A stretch of DNA of 64,000 bases from assembly GCA_964549375.1 (NCBI GenBank), contig CAZJWF010000002.1, forward strand, positions 23,592-87,591, read 5' to 3'. Under the pieces are notes generated by a model that was not told the DNA's origin, searched no databases, and saw nothing but the letters and a program-made list of their open reading frames with translations. Positions within the stretch are counted from its first letter, which is position 1. The number at the start of each line of letters is the position of its first letter. The DNA comes from an uncultured Neomegalonema sp. (GTDB taxonomy: Bacteria; Pseudomonadota; Alphaproteobacteria; Rhodobacterales; Rhodobacteraceae). This document shows positions 46,563-56,189 of the stretch, piece by piece. Both the position numbers and the translations under genes were made by a program.

Positions 46563-47579
46563 CTAACGGGAAACGGAAGCCCGCCTGAAGCTCGGCGCGC
46601 GATCTGTTTCGGCAGAGGCTTCCCAAACACCCCGCGCGACCGCCCTTGCAACACAATCTGCTGCCGCCGAACCGAGGTGAAGGATTTCTTCTGTATCAGC
46701 GATCGAAGGCATGTTTGGACATACTGCGAAAATTGTATCGCCATCGAACGGTGCATGGCTGGGCCGAATCGCGCGCGCCAAGCCATCTTGCGCCATGATC
46801 GCGATACGCCGCAGAGAGGCGCGATCCACCGGGACCGAGATCGCAATGATGCCAATGCACGTCGCCTGCCCAACGGCCACACCGCCTTTAGCGTCGCGGG
46901 GCAATGGATCGGAAATACGAGACGATGGATTGGGTTGGAGGCCACCGAATTCTTGACCGACCTCAAAGGGCCATGCCCAAAAACAATCTCCACTCGGCAT
47001 AACGGGAGAACCAATCGAGTTAACCGCAACCATCGCAGCAACTGCTCCACGGTCGCCCAAATCAAGCGACACCGTGCCCAAACCGCCAAGCCAAGCACCC
47101 GCCAGCGCACCAAATCCAGCGCCAACAGAGCCACACTTAACCTCTTTCGACGCGTACTCCATCGCTTGAGCAGCAAGGCGTCCGTAAGGTGGGCCTTCAC
47201 CCCAAGATTTATCACCGCCGTTGTTCAAATCATAAAGAGACGCCGCGGGTACAATGGGCACCGGAGGCGTACCCGCAACCGGAACGATTCCCTCCTTCTG
47301 AGCAGATAATTTTGTTGCAACGGTATCGGCAGCACCGAGGCCAAACACTGACCCGCCAGACAACGCAATCGCATGGGCAATGCCTAGAGTTCCATCAGAA
47401 CCAACCGCATGCGTTTCGCGAGTCGCTGGACCGCCGCCTCTAACATCCACAGCGCAGCGCAACGCATGATCAAACCGAACGATTGTCACGCCAGTTCGCG
47501 CGATGTGGTCCTCGGCATTCCCGACGCGAATACCGTCGATGTCCGTCAACGCATTGCGTTGCCCGGAACGAAACGTCAT
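46563..47579 (-). CDS. P1 (S58, DmpA-like) family aminopeptidase
   Basis: NALTDIDGIRVGN, TGVTIV and VDVRGGGPATRE motifs. Confidence 0.85.
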   Translation of the reverse strand: MTFRSGQRNALTDIDGIRVGNAEDHIARTGVTIVRFDHALRCAVDVRGGGPATRETHAVGSDGTLGIAHAIALSGGSVFGLGAADTVATKLSAQKEGIVPVAGTPPVPIVPAASLYDLNNGGDKSWGEGPPYGRLAAQAMEYASKEVKCGSVGAGFGALAGAWLGGLGTVSLDLGDRGAVAAMVAVNSIGSPVMPSGDCFWAWPFEVGQEFGGLQPNPSSRISDPLPRDAKGGVAVGQATCIGIIAISVPVDRASLRRIAIMAQDGLARAIRPSHAPFDGDTIFAVCPNMPSIADTEEILHLGSAAADCVARAVARGVWEASAETDRAPSFRRASVSR

Positions 47580-48970
47580 ACAGCAGTTGCCGTATCGGGG
47601 ATTGTTACGCGAAAACAGGTTCCCTCTGTGGTGCTGTCAAGCAACTCGACCGTACCGCCGTGGCCGCGCGCAAGTTCAAGCGCAATGGCCAACCCCAACC
47701 CACTACCGCCCTTTCGCACACCGCCCTTAAAAGCTTTAAAGAGGTTTTCACGCGCGACGATTGGCATGCCCGGACCGTCATCAATCACGTCTATCTCCGC
47801 TTTGTCATCGTATCGACGGGCCGCAAGAGAAACGGTTCCCCCCTTGCCCGTCGCCTCCAATGCCTGCGCCGCATTCCTCGCGAGATTATAGACAATCCGG
47901 TAAAGTTGATCAGGGTCTGCTTCGACATAGACCTCTGGCTTACAATCAACTTCGATTTTCACATTCTGGGAATGTGCGACCGACAAATGATCCTGAACCT
48001 CATTCAAAAACGTCGTCATGATGATCCGACGCCGTTCTGGTTCCAGTTCCTCAGCTTTTCCGAATTCCAAGGTACGCTCGCATAGAGCCGTCGCGCGGTC
48101 GAGAGATCGCAGCAATTTGGGCGCCGTCTTGGCAACCATCGGATCCTGACTTGTTTCTAGCCGATCCGTCAGAATCTGCGCCGACGCGAGGATATTTCGC
48201 AGGTCGTGATTGATCTTCGCAACCGCTTCACCCAATCCGGCAAGGCGCGTTTTTTGTTTTAAAGATGCACGCAGCTCTGTTTGCATGGCTGCCAGTTCGA
48301 GTTGAGCTTCACCAATTTCACCCCGGCCCGTTCCGGGTGAGATAATCGTTGCCGCTTCAGGCGCTTGGCGAAAAGCGATCATATTTGATGTGACTTGACG
48401 AATAGGCCGAACCAGCCACCGATTGAGGCTTACAAACACCAATCCGGCAGTCAGGAGCGAAATAACCAGCGAAACCAGTAAAACGCGCACGCCAAAGGCC
48501 ACCATTGCCTCTCGCAACTGTGTCTCCCTTAGGGTTATCTCGATCTTGTCTCCCATCGGGTTTCGCGCTGCTTCCGGCGAGCCCATCACTCGAATTACCC
48601 GCGTCGGATCATTGCGGGCCAACACAGCGAAGCCTTCAAGCAGATCGTCAAGGATTGAATGGTTATCTAAATCGAACGTCTCGTTGACCGGGTCAGCCCA
48701 ATTACCGCGCAAGACCGGCAGACGTGCCCCGTTCCGCTGCAAGGCAATTGATCGGACCTCAGCACTTTGTAGGAGGTCCATTTCATTGTCAGAAGCGACT
48801 TCACGATCCAACAAAGCGAGCGCCACGATATTCGATGCCGCTAGCCGCTCTTTAAGGTAGTCGACCCGAAACCGTGCGACAGACGGCGCAAACACGAGAA
48901 CCTCTGCCAGCATCACGAACAAAATCGTGAGAATAAGCAGTCGTCCTGACAAACTTCGCAACATTCGCAT
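47576..48970 (-). CDS. Sensor histidine kinase (2 TM, periplasmic domain, HAMP, HisKA, HATPase_c)
   Basis: H-box INHDLRNILASAQ, N-box LYRIVYNLARNA and G-boxes DDGPGM and GGSGLGL. Confidence 0.9.
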   Translation of the reverse strand: MRMLRSLSGRLLILTILFVMLAEVLVFAPSVARFRVDYLKERLAASNIVALALLDREVASDNEMDLLQSAEVRSIALQRNGARLPVLRGNWADPVNETFDLDNHSILDDLLEGFAVLARNDPTRVIRVMGSPEAARNPMGDKIEITLRETQLREAMVAFGVRVLLVSLVISLLTAGLVFVSLNRWLVRPIRQVTSNMIAFRQAPEAATIISPGTGRGEIGEAQLELAAMQTELRASLKQKTRLAGLGEAVAKINHDLRNILASAQILTDRLETSQDPMVAKTAPKLLRSLDRATALCERTLEFGKAEELEPERRRIIMTTFLNEVQDHLSVAHSQNVKIEVDCKPEVYVEADPDQLYRIVYNLARNAAQALEATGKGGTVSLAARRYDDKAEIDVIDDGPGMPIVARENLFKAFKGGVRKGGSGLGLAIALELARGHGGTVELLDSTTEGTCFRVTIPDTATAV

Positions 48971-48999
48971 ACAGGCGAAGCCTTTCTGTTGCCTTCGAC

Positions 49000-50418
49000 C
49001 TAGCCAAACCTAGAAAGGAATCTAACGATTTTTCTCGTCCGATCACTAAATAGCTTGGGAGTATAATAACTTCCAGCGACACGTTTACTCGCTTCGCCTA
49101 ACGTCGGATATGGCGCAACATATCCTGCCATTGCACCAATCTTGTGTTTGTTCGCAATGGCAAACGCCCACATGTGGATCATCTCGCCAGCCCCTTTTCC
49201 GACGATAGATGCACCAACGATCTTTGATCCTTTAAGAACAACTTTTATCAGGCCTTTTCCTGTACGCTCCGCCTGAGCACGGTCGGTTTCATTAGCGGCA
49301 AACCGTAAAACCGAAACGCCGTTCCCAAATTTTGTCTTCGCTTGATCTTCAGTCAACCCGACATGGGCAATTTCCGGGTCAACATACGTTACCCAGGGGA
49401 TATGATCAGTCGAAGCCTTCGCCCAAAACATCTGAAAAAGGGCGCTGCGAATGACAACACCGGCATGATAACCTGCAACGTGGGTGAATTGCAGCCCGCC
49501 GGTCACGTCGCCAATGGCAAAGACCTTTTTATTTGTCGTCTTTAGGTGTGCATCAACTGAGATACCTCGGCGGTTATACTCAACTCCGGCTTTTTCCAGA
49601 TCCAATCCGTCAACATTTGCCTGTCGCCCAACGGCCATGAGCAAGTGCGTGCCTTCCACGATTTCTCCACCTTGCAGGTAGACTTGAATTTTCCCATTTT
49701 CATTCGAGACCTTTTCCGCGAGTGCATTTTCGCGAATATCCAGTCCTTCAGCTCGGAGGTTCTCTAACGCGATTTCGGTTAACTCGGGGTCGTCTTTTCC
49801 AAGGGCTTTCGCACCTTCCAAAACCACCACATCAGCACCAAGGCGACGGTGTGCCTGCGCCATTTCCATCCCGATCGGGCCACCACCAACAATAATCAGC
49901 TTTTCGGGCAGTCCAGTATTGTCGAAAATTGTCTCGTTCGTGAAATAAGGGGTGTCCTGCAGACCCTCAATAGGCGGCACAAAAGGCGAGGAGCCAGTCG
50001 ATATCACAACGCGGCGCGCATCAATCGTGTATCCGCCCGCTTCGACAGTGGTTGGACCAACAAATTTCGCGCCATCCCGGATGACAGTGCATCCCAAACC
50101 TTCAAACCGCTCTTGACTGTCGTGTGGTGCAATACCTGCAATCACGGCTTTGACGTGGGCGTTTACAGCGACAAAGTCGACTTTTGGTTCATCGACAGCA
50201 ACACCATACTTCTCACCTGAGCGGTGCGCGTGAGCCGACTTCGCGGCGGCGAGCAGGGCCTTCGATGGCACACAGCCATAATTCAGGCAGTCACCGCCCA
50301 TTTCTCCCTTTTCAATCAGAGCTACAGAAGCGCCCATCTGCACTGCACCAGCCGCAACCGATAAACCGCCAGAACCCGCACCGATTACACAAAGATCAAC
50401 TTTTAAATTCTCAGACAT
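49000..50418 (-). CDS. Pyridine nucleotide-disulfide oxidoreductase (dihydrolipoyl dehydrogenase/mercuric reductase-like)
   Basis: GAGSGG and the redox disulfide GGDCLNYGCVPSK. C-terminal dimerisation domain. Confidence 0.9.
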   Translation of the reverse strand: MSENLKVDLCVIGAGSGGLSVAAGAVQMGASVALIEKGEMGGDCLNYGCVPSKALLAAAKSAHAHRSGEKYGVAVDEPKVDFVAVNAHVKAVIAGIAPHDSQERFEGLGCTVIRDGAKFVGPTTVEAGGYTIDARRVVISTGSSPFVPPIEGLQDTPYFTNETIFDNTGLPEKLIIVGGGPIGMEMAQAHRRLGADVVVLEGAKALGKDDPELTEIALENLRAEGLDIRENALAEKVSNENGKIQVYLQGGEIVEGTHLLMAVGRQANVDGLDLEKAGVEYNRRGISVDAHLKTTNKKVFAIGDVTGGLQFTHVAGYHAGVVIRSALFQMFWAKASTDHIPWVTYVDPEIAHVGLTEDQAKTKFGNGVSVLRFAANETDRAQAERTGKGLIKVVLKGSKIVGASIVGKGAGEMIHMWAFAIANKHKIGAMAGYVAPYPTLGEASKRVAGSYYTPKLFSDRTRKIVRFLSRFG

Positions 50419-51187
50419 CCGCCTCGTCTCTCACAGTATCGGGTTTGCCCCGTACCTTTTTGATAATAATTGGCATGATCGCCAAGGCCGTCAGAGCTGC
50501 AAAAGGCCCCCAGACTGCTGGCTCAGCAAATACATTCAGAGAAATCTCATCGCCCTTCGCAAACACCTCTCCGAGACCTGTGCCGATTGACGTATAAACT
50601 GCCGTTCCGGGCAAAATACCAAGGAAAGTTGTCCAAACATACGTAAACAGTGAAACGCCGAAAAATGCCGGTAATAGATTGGCGACGAAGAACGGCAGAG
50701 CTGGCACGAGGCGCAGCAGAAATAGGAAACTAATCTCGTTTTCTTGGAAGCCCTTCTCAAATTTTTCCATCCACGGGCCAGCGCGCTCTTTCAATGATTC
50801 GCCAAAGCTGGTTTTAGCAGCAAGGAAAATACAAGCCGCACCTGTCGTCGCACCAATGACTGTCAGCAGAGTTCCGGGCACCAAACCAAACAGGAAACCG
50901 CCTGTAAGTGTCATGAATGCAGCGCCGGGAATCGAGAACGCCACGACCGTCACATAAGCCGCGACGTACGCCAAAGCAGCGAGCAAGTAGTTGTTGTCCC
51001 GCCAGGCCAGCAACGCTTCTCGGTTCTCCTTGAGGGTATCTAACGTCAGATATTCACGCAGAAAAATGAACCCAAGGAGTGCCCCCCCCGCAAGAACGAA
51101 CACTGGAAGGAAGCGGGCGAACCCCTTTTCCTTATGCGACGCCCCTTGCGATGCGGTTGTGTCTGCCATGTCTTTTTCTTCCGTCAT
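50411..51187 (-). CDS. TVP38/TMEM64 (DedA-related) family membrane protein
   Basis: Polytopic protein. LRLVPALPFFVANL motif. 8-nt overlap with the downstream oxidoreductase gene. Confidence 0.85.
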   Translation of the reverse strand: MTEEKDMADTTASQGASHKEKGFARFLPVFVLAGGALLGFIFLREYLTLDTLKENREALLAWRDNNYLLAALAYVAAYVTVVAFSIPGAAFMTLTGGFLFGLVPGTLLTVIGATTGAACIFLAAKTSFGESLKERAGPWMEKFEKGFQENEISFLFLLRLVPALPFFVANLLPAFFGVSLFTYVWTTFLGILPGTAVYTSIGTGLGEVFAKGDEISLNVFAEPAVWGPFAALTALAIMPIIIKKVRGKPDTVRDEADV

Positions 51188-51333
51188 GGTTAATGAAACT
51201 AGCCCTTTCTGGCCGCTCTGGCGTTATCGCTGATTATGTTTATCGGAGTGAGGTACATCACAGTGCATTGAGCAAGCGTGAAATTCCCGCGAACGATTGA
51301 AACAATTCGATACTTTCTAAAGCGTTCCGCCCG

Positions 51334-51362
51334 TTGACGCGAGCGAATGCCGCGTCTATACA
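51334..51362 (+). promoter_or_regulatory. Candidate sigma70 promoter for rpmH operon
   Basis: TTGACG, a 17-nt spacer, then TATACA, about 90 nt upstream of rpmH. Confidence 0.45.
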
Positions 51363-51449
51363 GCCGCTCTCTCACCCAAGTCTGCAAGGCGGGGTGTTTT
51401 AGTAATTCTGTGATGTCGCAAGACCTCCAATAATAATAGGAGCGGCCCC

Positions 51450-51584
51450 TTGAAACGCACGTTTCAACCCAGCAACCGCGTTCGCAAGAACCGTCACGGC
51501 TTCCGCGCGCGTATGGCGACCAAAAACGGTCGTAAAATCCTCAATGCCCGCCGTTCCCGTGGACGGAAAAAGCTCAGCGCTTGA
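51450..51584 (+). CDS. rpmH: 50S ribosomal protein L34
   Basis: Not in the ORF track (44 aa, TTG start). Translation is (M)[43 protein letters not shown], with TAGGAG 7 nt upstream. Confidence 0.95.
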   Translation: MKRTFQPSNRVRKNRHGFRARMATKNGRKILNARRSRGRKKLSA

Positions 51585-51594
51585 TAATTCCGGC

Positions 51595-51957
51595 ATGAGC
51601 GCAGAGCCATCTGCGCTCGTCGGATTGCGATACCGGCGGGACTTTCTCGCCGCAGCGAAAGCCCGAAAGGCCGTTACTGACGGATTTATACTTCAGAATC
51701 GGACCAGAAACGACGGTTTGGACGTAATCCGGGTTGGCTTTACTGCCTCAAAAAAGGTCGGAAACGCCGTTATCCGAAATCGTTCTAAGCGGCGATTGAG
51801 GGAACTTGCTCGGAAGATGTTACCCAAAATTGGTACTTCTGGCTGCGATTACGTGTTAATTGCCCGAAAAACTGCAACAATCGAACTGCCGTTTGAGAAA
51901 TTGCGCGCTGATCTAGCCCATGCGATCGAACGTTGTCATCCTTCGGTAAAACGATGA
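51595..51957 (+). CDS. rnpA: Ribonuclease P protein component
   Basis: Basic protein directly after rpmH. GFTASKKVGNAVIRNRSKRRLRE (RNR motif). ATG 51595 is preferred over 51544, which would overlap rpmH. Confidence 0.9.
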   Translation: MSAEPSALVGLRYRRDFLAAAKARKAVTDGFILQNRTRNDGLDVIRVGFTASKKVGNAVIRNRSKRRLRELARKMLPKIGTSGCDYVLIARKTATIELPFEKLRADLAHAIERCHPSVKR

Positions 51958-52202
51958 TCCGGCGCAATATCATCAGACTGATAAAACTCCCGCTTCATAT
52001 CTATCGCTTCGTCCTATCACCTCTGATTGCATCAAATTGTCGATTTCAACCCACATGTTCGGCATATGCACTGGAAGCGCTCGATCGTCACGGCCCGATC
52101 AAAGGAACATCGTTGGCCGTTCGCCGGGTGATACGCTGTAGGCCGGGCAGCGGAAGTGGCTTTGATCCCGTTCCTCCACCTGATGAGCCGCAAAACTCTT
52201 GA
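51954..52202 (+). CDS. yidD: Membrane protein insertion efficiency factor YidD
   Basis: YRFVLSPLI...CRFQPTCSAYALEAL..HG motif. ATGA overlap with rnpA. Confidence 0.9.
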   Translation: MIRRNIIRLIKLPLHIYRFVLSPLIASNCRFQPTCSAYALEALDRHGPIKGTSLAVRRVIRCRPGSGSGFDPVPPPDEPQNS

Positions 52203-52286
52203 CCTATTGGCCTCAGACCGCTTGAACCATCGCGACCAGCAAACAACCTGCTGTGGTAGAAATTTCCCAGACTTCGGAGCCAATGA

Positions 52287-54077
52287 ATGGGCGACCAGAA
52301 AAACCTGATTCTCGCAGCAGTGCTGAGTTTTCTCGTCATCGGACTTTGGGAAGCCTTCGTCATTGGGCCGCAGAGGGAACAAGCTCGAATCGCGCAGGAA
52401 ACGCAGGCAGCTCAGCAAGCCCTTAACCCTGCAAATGTTGAAAACGGAGCGTCTAGTCCGGGTGGGTTTGTTGCCCCGGCCCAAGCAGTCGTATTATCGC
52501 GTGACGACGCACTCGCCAAAAGCCAACGTGTCTCAATTGATAGCCCAGCCGTCGATGGCTCCATCTCTCTCATCGGTGGTCGTATTGATGACCTGAACCT
52601 GAAAGACTATCACGTCACCATTGAGGAAGGTTCTCCTGAAGTTACGCTTCTATCTCCGGAGAATGGCCCCAATCCTTACTATTCCGTCTTTGGTTGGTTT
52701 GGCGCAAATGCCGGTGAATTGCCCGGTCTCAAAACAGAATGGACTCAAGTTGAGGGGGGAACACTTGGCTTAGATCAACCCGTCGTTCTGGAATGGGTGA
52801 ATGATAAAGGTCTCATTTTTCGCAAACGCTATGAGATCGACAAAGATTACCTCTTCACTGTCACTCAAGACGTCACGAACCCACTCGAAGAGGCGGTGAC
52901 TTTGCGGCCCTATGGACTAATTGCCCGCCACGGTGAACCGGATACCCTCGGCATGTATCTCCTACACGAGGGTGCAATTGGAGCCTCTGACGGAATTACG
53001 GAAGAGTTGGATTACGACGAGTTCGCAGAATCGCCATTTGAGCGCGCTGAAAACGCGAATATCAAAAAGATCGATGTCGCCGAAAACGGATATATCGGTT
53101 TCACCGACAAATATTGGATGACTGCGCTGATCCCCGAACCGGGGAGAGCATTCACCGCCGCATATAAAGTTGGTGTCAAAGCGGAAGTTTATCAAACGGA
53201 TGTGCGCCTCGACGCCGTTTCCGTTGCTCCGGGTGAAAGCGCGAGTAGTAAAATTCACTTCTTTGCCGGCGCAAAGCGCGCCGAGGTCCTGAAACAGTAT
53301 GAAGACGCGCTTGGGGTCGACCGCCTCTATGATGCGATTGACTGGGGTTGGTTCTATTTTCTGACCAAACCATTCTTCTGGCTACTCAGCACCATTTACA
53401 AACTAGTCGGAAATTTTGGCGTTGCGATTATATTGCTGACCTGCCTCGTGAAAATGGTGATGTTTCCGCTGGCCTATAAATCTTACGTCTCAATGGGACG
53501 GATGAAAAAGCTTCAACCACAAACCGAGAAAATTAGAGAGAAACACAAAGAAGACCCGCAAGCGATGCAGCGGGCAATGATGGACCTTTACAAAAAAGAG
53601 AAGGTCAATCCGGCGGCTGGCTGTTTGCCGATCTTGCTACAAATCCCGGTGTTCTTCGCGCTCTATAAGGTCTTGTTTGTGACCCTAGAAATGCGCCATG
53701 CGCCATTCTTCGGTTGGATCAAAGACCTGTCCGCACCGGATCCGACAAGTATCTTCACTGGCTTCGGCTTATTCGATTGGTCACTGCCGACATTTTTGCT
53801 CATCGGGATTTGGCCGATCATCATGGGCATCACGATGTGGATGCAGATGCAATTGAACCCTGCGCCACCGGACCCGATCCAGAAGAAAATCTTCGCCTGG
53901 ATGCCGGTGTTCTTTACATTGCTGCTCGGATCATTCCCTGCGGGCCTCGTGATCTACTGGACCGCAAACAATATCCTTACGATTATCCAACAAGCCACGA
54001 TTATGAAGTCGCAAGGCGCGAAAATTGAGCTGTGGGATAATATGAAAGGTCTGTTCAGCCGCAAGAAAACGGAATGA
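52287..54077 (+). CDS. yidC: Membrane protein insertase YidC
   Basis: 596 aa. Large periplasmic P1 domain, then GCLPILLQIPVFFALY and the conserved C-terminal TM core. Confidence 0.95.
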   Translation: MGDQKNLILAAVLSFLVIGLWEAFVIGPQREQARIAQETQAAQQALNPANVENGASSPGGFVAPAQAVVLSRDDALAKSQRVSIDSPAVDGSISLIGGRIDDLNLKDYHVTIEEGSPEVTLLSPENGPNPYYSVFGWFGANAGELPGLKTEWTQVEGGTLGLDQPVVLEWVNDKGLIFRKRYEIDKDYLFTVTQDVTNPLEEAVTLRPYGLIARHGEPDTLGMYLLHEGAIGASDGITEELDYDEFAESPFERAENANIKKIDVAENGYIGFTDKYWMTALIPEPGRAFTAAYKVGVKAEVYQTDVRLDAVSVAPGESASSKIHFFAGAKRAEVLKQYEDALGVDRLYDAIDWGWFYFLTKPFFWLLSTIYKLVGNFGVAIILLTCLVKMVMFPLAYKSYVSMGRMKKLQPQTEKIREKHKEDPQAMQRAMMDLYKKEKVNPAAGCLPILLQIPVFFALYKVLFVTLEMRHAPFFGWIKDLSAPDPTSIFTGFGLFDWSLPTFLLIGIWPIIMGITMWMQMQLNPAPPDPIQKKIFAWMPVFFTLLLGSFPAGLVIYWTANNILTIIQQATIMKSQGAKIELWDNMKGLFSRKKTE

Positions 54078-54727
54078 CACCCTATACCGAAGCGGAAATT
54101 GAATCTGGGCGGCTGCTGTTCGCCCGCGAAGCCGAGTTCATTATTGGTGCCGCACGCTTGGAGCAACTGCCCGCTGGTGATCGTTTCGAAATCTGTTTCG
54201 CCGGTCGCTCCAACGTCGGCAAATCAAGCCTGATCAACGCACTCACGGGACGTAAAAACCTTGCCCGCGCATCAAACACTCCGGGACGCACGCAGCAGCT
54301 TAATTATTTTGCATTATCTCACCCGGATATTACCGATCTCTATCTTGTTGATCTGCCGGGATACGGCTACGCCAAGGCTCCAAAATCGGAGGTAGAACGC
54401 TGGCAAGGCGTGCTGCGAGGCTATCTGTCTGGGCGTGCAAGTCTGCGACGTTGCTTCCTCCTAATCGACTCTCGGCACGGCGTAAAAGCAGTCGATACAG
54501 AAATAATGGATATGCTCGATACAGCAGCGGTAAGCTATCAGACCGTGCTAACCAAAGCTGACAAGGTTAAAGCATCGGCACTCGATAAGGTCATCGAGGT
54601 GACCGCGAAGACCATAGGCAAACGCCCCGCCGCCTATCCACAGCTGATTATCACTTCAGCCGAACAACAAGAAGGCATCGAAGACCTGCGCGCTGCCATT
54701 GTCCGCTTGGCGTTAGAAATCGGCTAA
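54074..54727 (+). CDS. yihA: Ribosome biogenesis GTP-binding protein YihA/YsxC (EngB)
   Basis: GRSNVGKSSLINAL, DLPGYGYA and TKADK GTPase motifs. ATGA overlap with yidC. Confidence 0.95.
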   Translation: MTPYTEAEIESGRLLFAREAEFIIGAARLEQLPAGDRFEICFAGRSNVGKSSLINALTGRKNLARASNTPGRTQQLNYFALSHPDITDLYLVDLPGYGYAKAPKSEVERWQGVLRGYLSGRASLRRCFLLIDSRHGVKAVDTEIMDMLDTAAVSYQTVLTKADKVKASALDKVIEVTAKTIGKRPAAYPQLIITSAEQQEGIEDLRAAIVRLALEIG

Positions 54728-55308
54728 CGCAGCCCGTCTTCACCCTTTGCGTCTTTGGCTTCCAGTCCGCCCACGCGCGGCAGAGGGCGACCTGAGTCTG
54801 TCACCGAAATGGCAACCATGATCTCATTGGTGCGGGGGGCATCATTGATGCGGACCTCCATTCCATCAAAATGCGAGCGGACATAGGCGGCATCTTTATG
54901 ACCCAGAGGAATATCGAGTGGCGCACCCATCGATCCCATCTTTTTGGAGGACGGAACCAGCGCTGCACCTTTTTCAACAGCGGCGCGTAACGGTTTTCCC
55001 ATTTGCGGGTGTAGGAGCGCAGCGGCATGTTCCAGTTCTCCGGTCTCGCCTACCATTGCAGCCTTGCCGTAACTTTCCGCCTCTTGCGGCGTGATACCAA
55101 GCGCCGCAACGCATTTCTCTCCGAGCATCCCGCCAAGTTCCGCACCTATTTCCATCAAAAGTGAGAGATCTTCGACGTATTGACCGGCATATGGATTTTC
55201 GATCACGGCAATCGCTGCTGCGCGACGAGTCGGCGGTGAAATCGTTTGGCCTTGTTCCGACAGCGTCTCTTCAACAGTTACAACAATTTTGCGAATTTTA
55301 GCTTTCAT
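54724..55308 (-). CDS. Amino-acid-synthesis family protein (DUF1185)
   Basis: MKAKIRKIVVTVEE...AAAIAVIENPYAG...YGKAAMVGETGELEHAAALLH pattern of PF06684-type proteins (from memory). Confidence 0.8.
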   Translation of the reverse strand: MKAKIRKIVVTVEETLSEQGQTISPPTRRAAAIAVIENPYAGQYVEDLSLLMEIGAELGGMLGEKCVAALGITPQEAESYGKAAMVGETGELEHAAALLHPQMGKPLRAAVEKGAALVPSSKKMGSMGAPLDIPLGHKDAAYVRSHFDGMEVRINDAPRTNEIMVAISVTDSGRPLPRVGGLEAKDAKGEDGLR

Positions 55309-56189
55309 GCCGTTTCTCCCATGAGTGGCAATTCGTCTGATTGATTTAAAATAACGGGCTGAAACGTCTCACTCTTGATGAGCGTACACTGACCCTTTAG
55401 GCCAATGACAGCCACAGTGATCAAGCCGCGCTTTTGCATCGCCTTGGCACGCAATCGACCAGCGTTCAGTGCCGTCGATATCTCGACGTCAGAAAGGTAC
55501 CCAACGTCGACGGTCACCAACCGCTCTCCAAGATCACTGTCGGGAGATAAAGTCTCAGCAGGCGCACGCTTGACCGCCTCACATCCCGGCACGTCTACGG
55601 CATTCGCGATCAAGGTCGCCGCCGCATCGGCGATTGCGGAATCCTTTGCGAACACAGTCACAAAATCTGCGATCCCAAGTGAATGTGAGCGCCCCTGCCA
55701 GCCGCTCGTCGCAATACCGCCGATATGATCATTCGCGCGCAAGGTGACTGGATAGAGCATCATGCCTGCCGCGCCTAAATCACCAACTCCAACGATTGCC
55801 TGCTCTGAGTCTGATAACCACAGGGCGATGTCTCCTCCATTATTTACAATGGCCTTAGAGAGTCGTCGTCCTGCCCGCATTGCCGCAAGAATATGATCGG
55901 CCACCGATCCTGCAACTGCCGCCATCGGTGTAATAAACTCCGGATGGCGTGACGTTGCGTGGACCATGCGTTTTGCGACTGGGCCGCTTGGCTGTAGGCG
56001 GCAGGTTGCCTGCTTAAGAACGGCCAGTTCATCGACTAAAGTTTGCAGCATCGGTTCAAATGCCGCCCGAGCTTGCGCATACGCGGCACTAACCTCCTCC
56101 GCCTCACCCCAAGCCTCGACCATCAGATCAATAGGACCATGTTGCAGGTGTAAACGGGAGCCAAGCATGGCAGCTTGAGGCGGAATCAT
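55305..56189 (-). CDS. UPF0280 family (ApbE-like) protein
   Basis: 294 aa. N-terminal LHLQHGPIDL... and AVAGSVAD motifs as in UPF0280. ATGA overlaps on both sides. Confidence 0.7.
   Translation of the reverse strand: MIPPQAAMLGSRLHLQHGPIDLMVEAWGEAEEVSAAYAQARAAFEPMLQTLVDELAVLKQATCRLQPSGPVAKRMVHATSRHPEFITPMAAVAGSVADHILAAMRAGRRLSKAIVNNGGDIALWLSDSEQAIVGVGDLGAAGMMLYPVTLRANDHIGGIATSGWQGRSHSLGIADFVTVFAKDSAIADAAATLIANAVDVPGCEAVKRAPAETLSPDSDLGERLVTVDVGYLSDVEISTALNAGRLRAKAMQKRGLITVAVIGLKGQCTLIKSETFQPVILNQSDELPLMGETA

Noticed and set aside
46526-47215. 229-aa minus-strand ORF and 210-aa plus-strand ORF overlapping the DmpA-like gene
   Set aside because: They are alternative frames of a gene with a clear family match, and they have no motifs of their own.
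51399-51596. 65-aa minus-strand ORF from the track
   Set aside because: It is antisense to the canonical L34 (rpmH) coding sequence, which the track missed because it is only 44 codons and starts with TTG.
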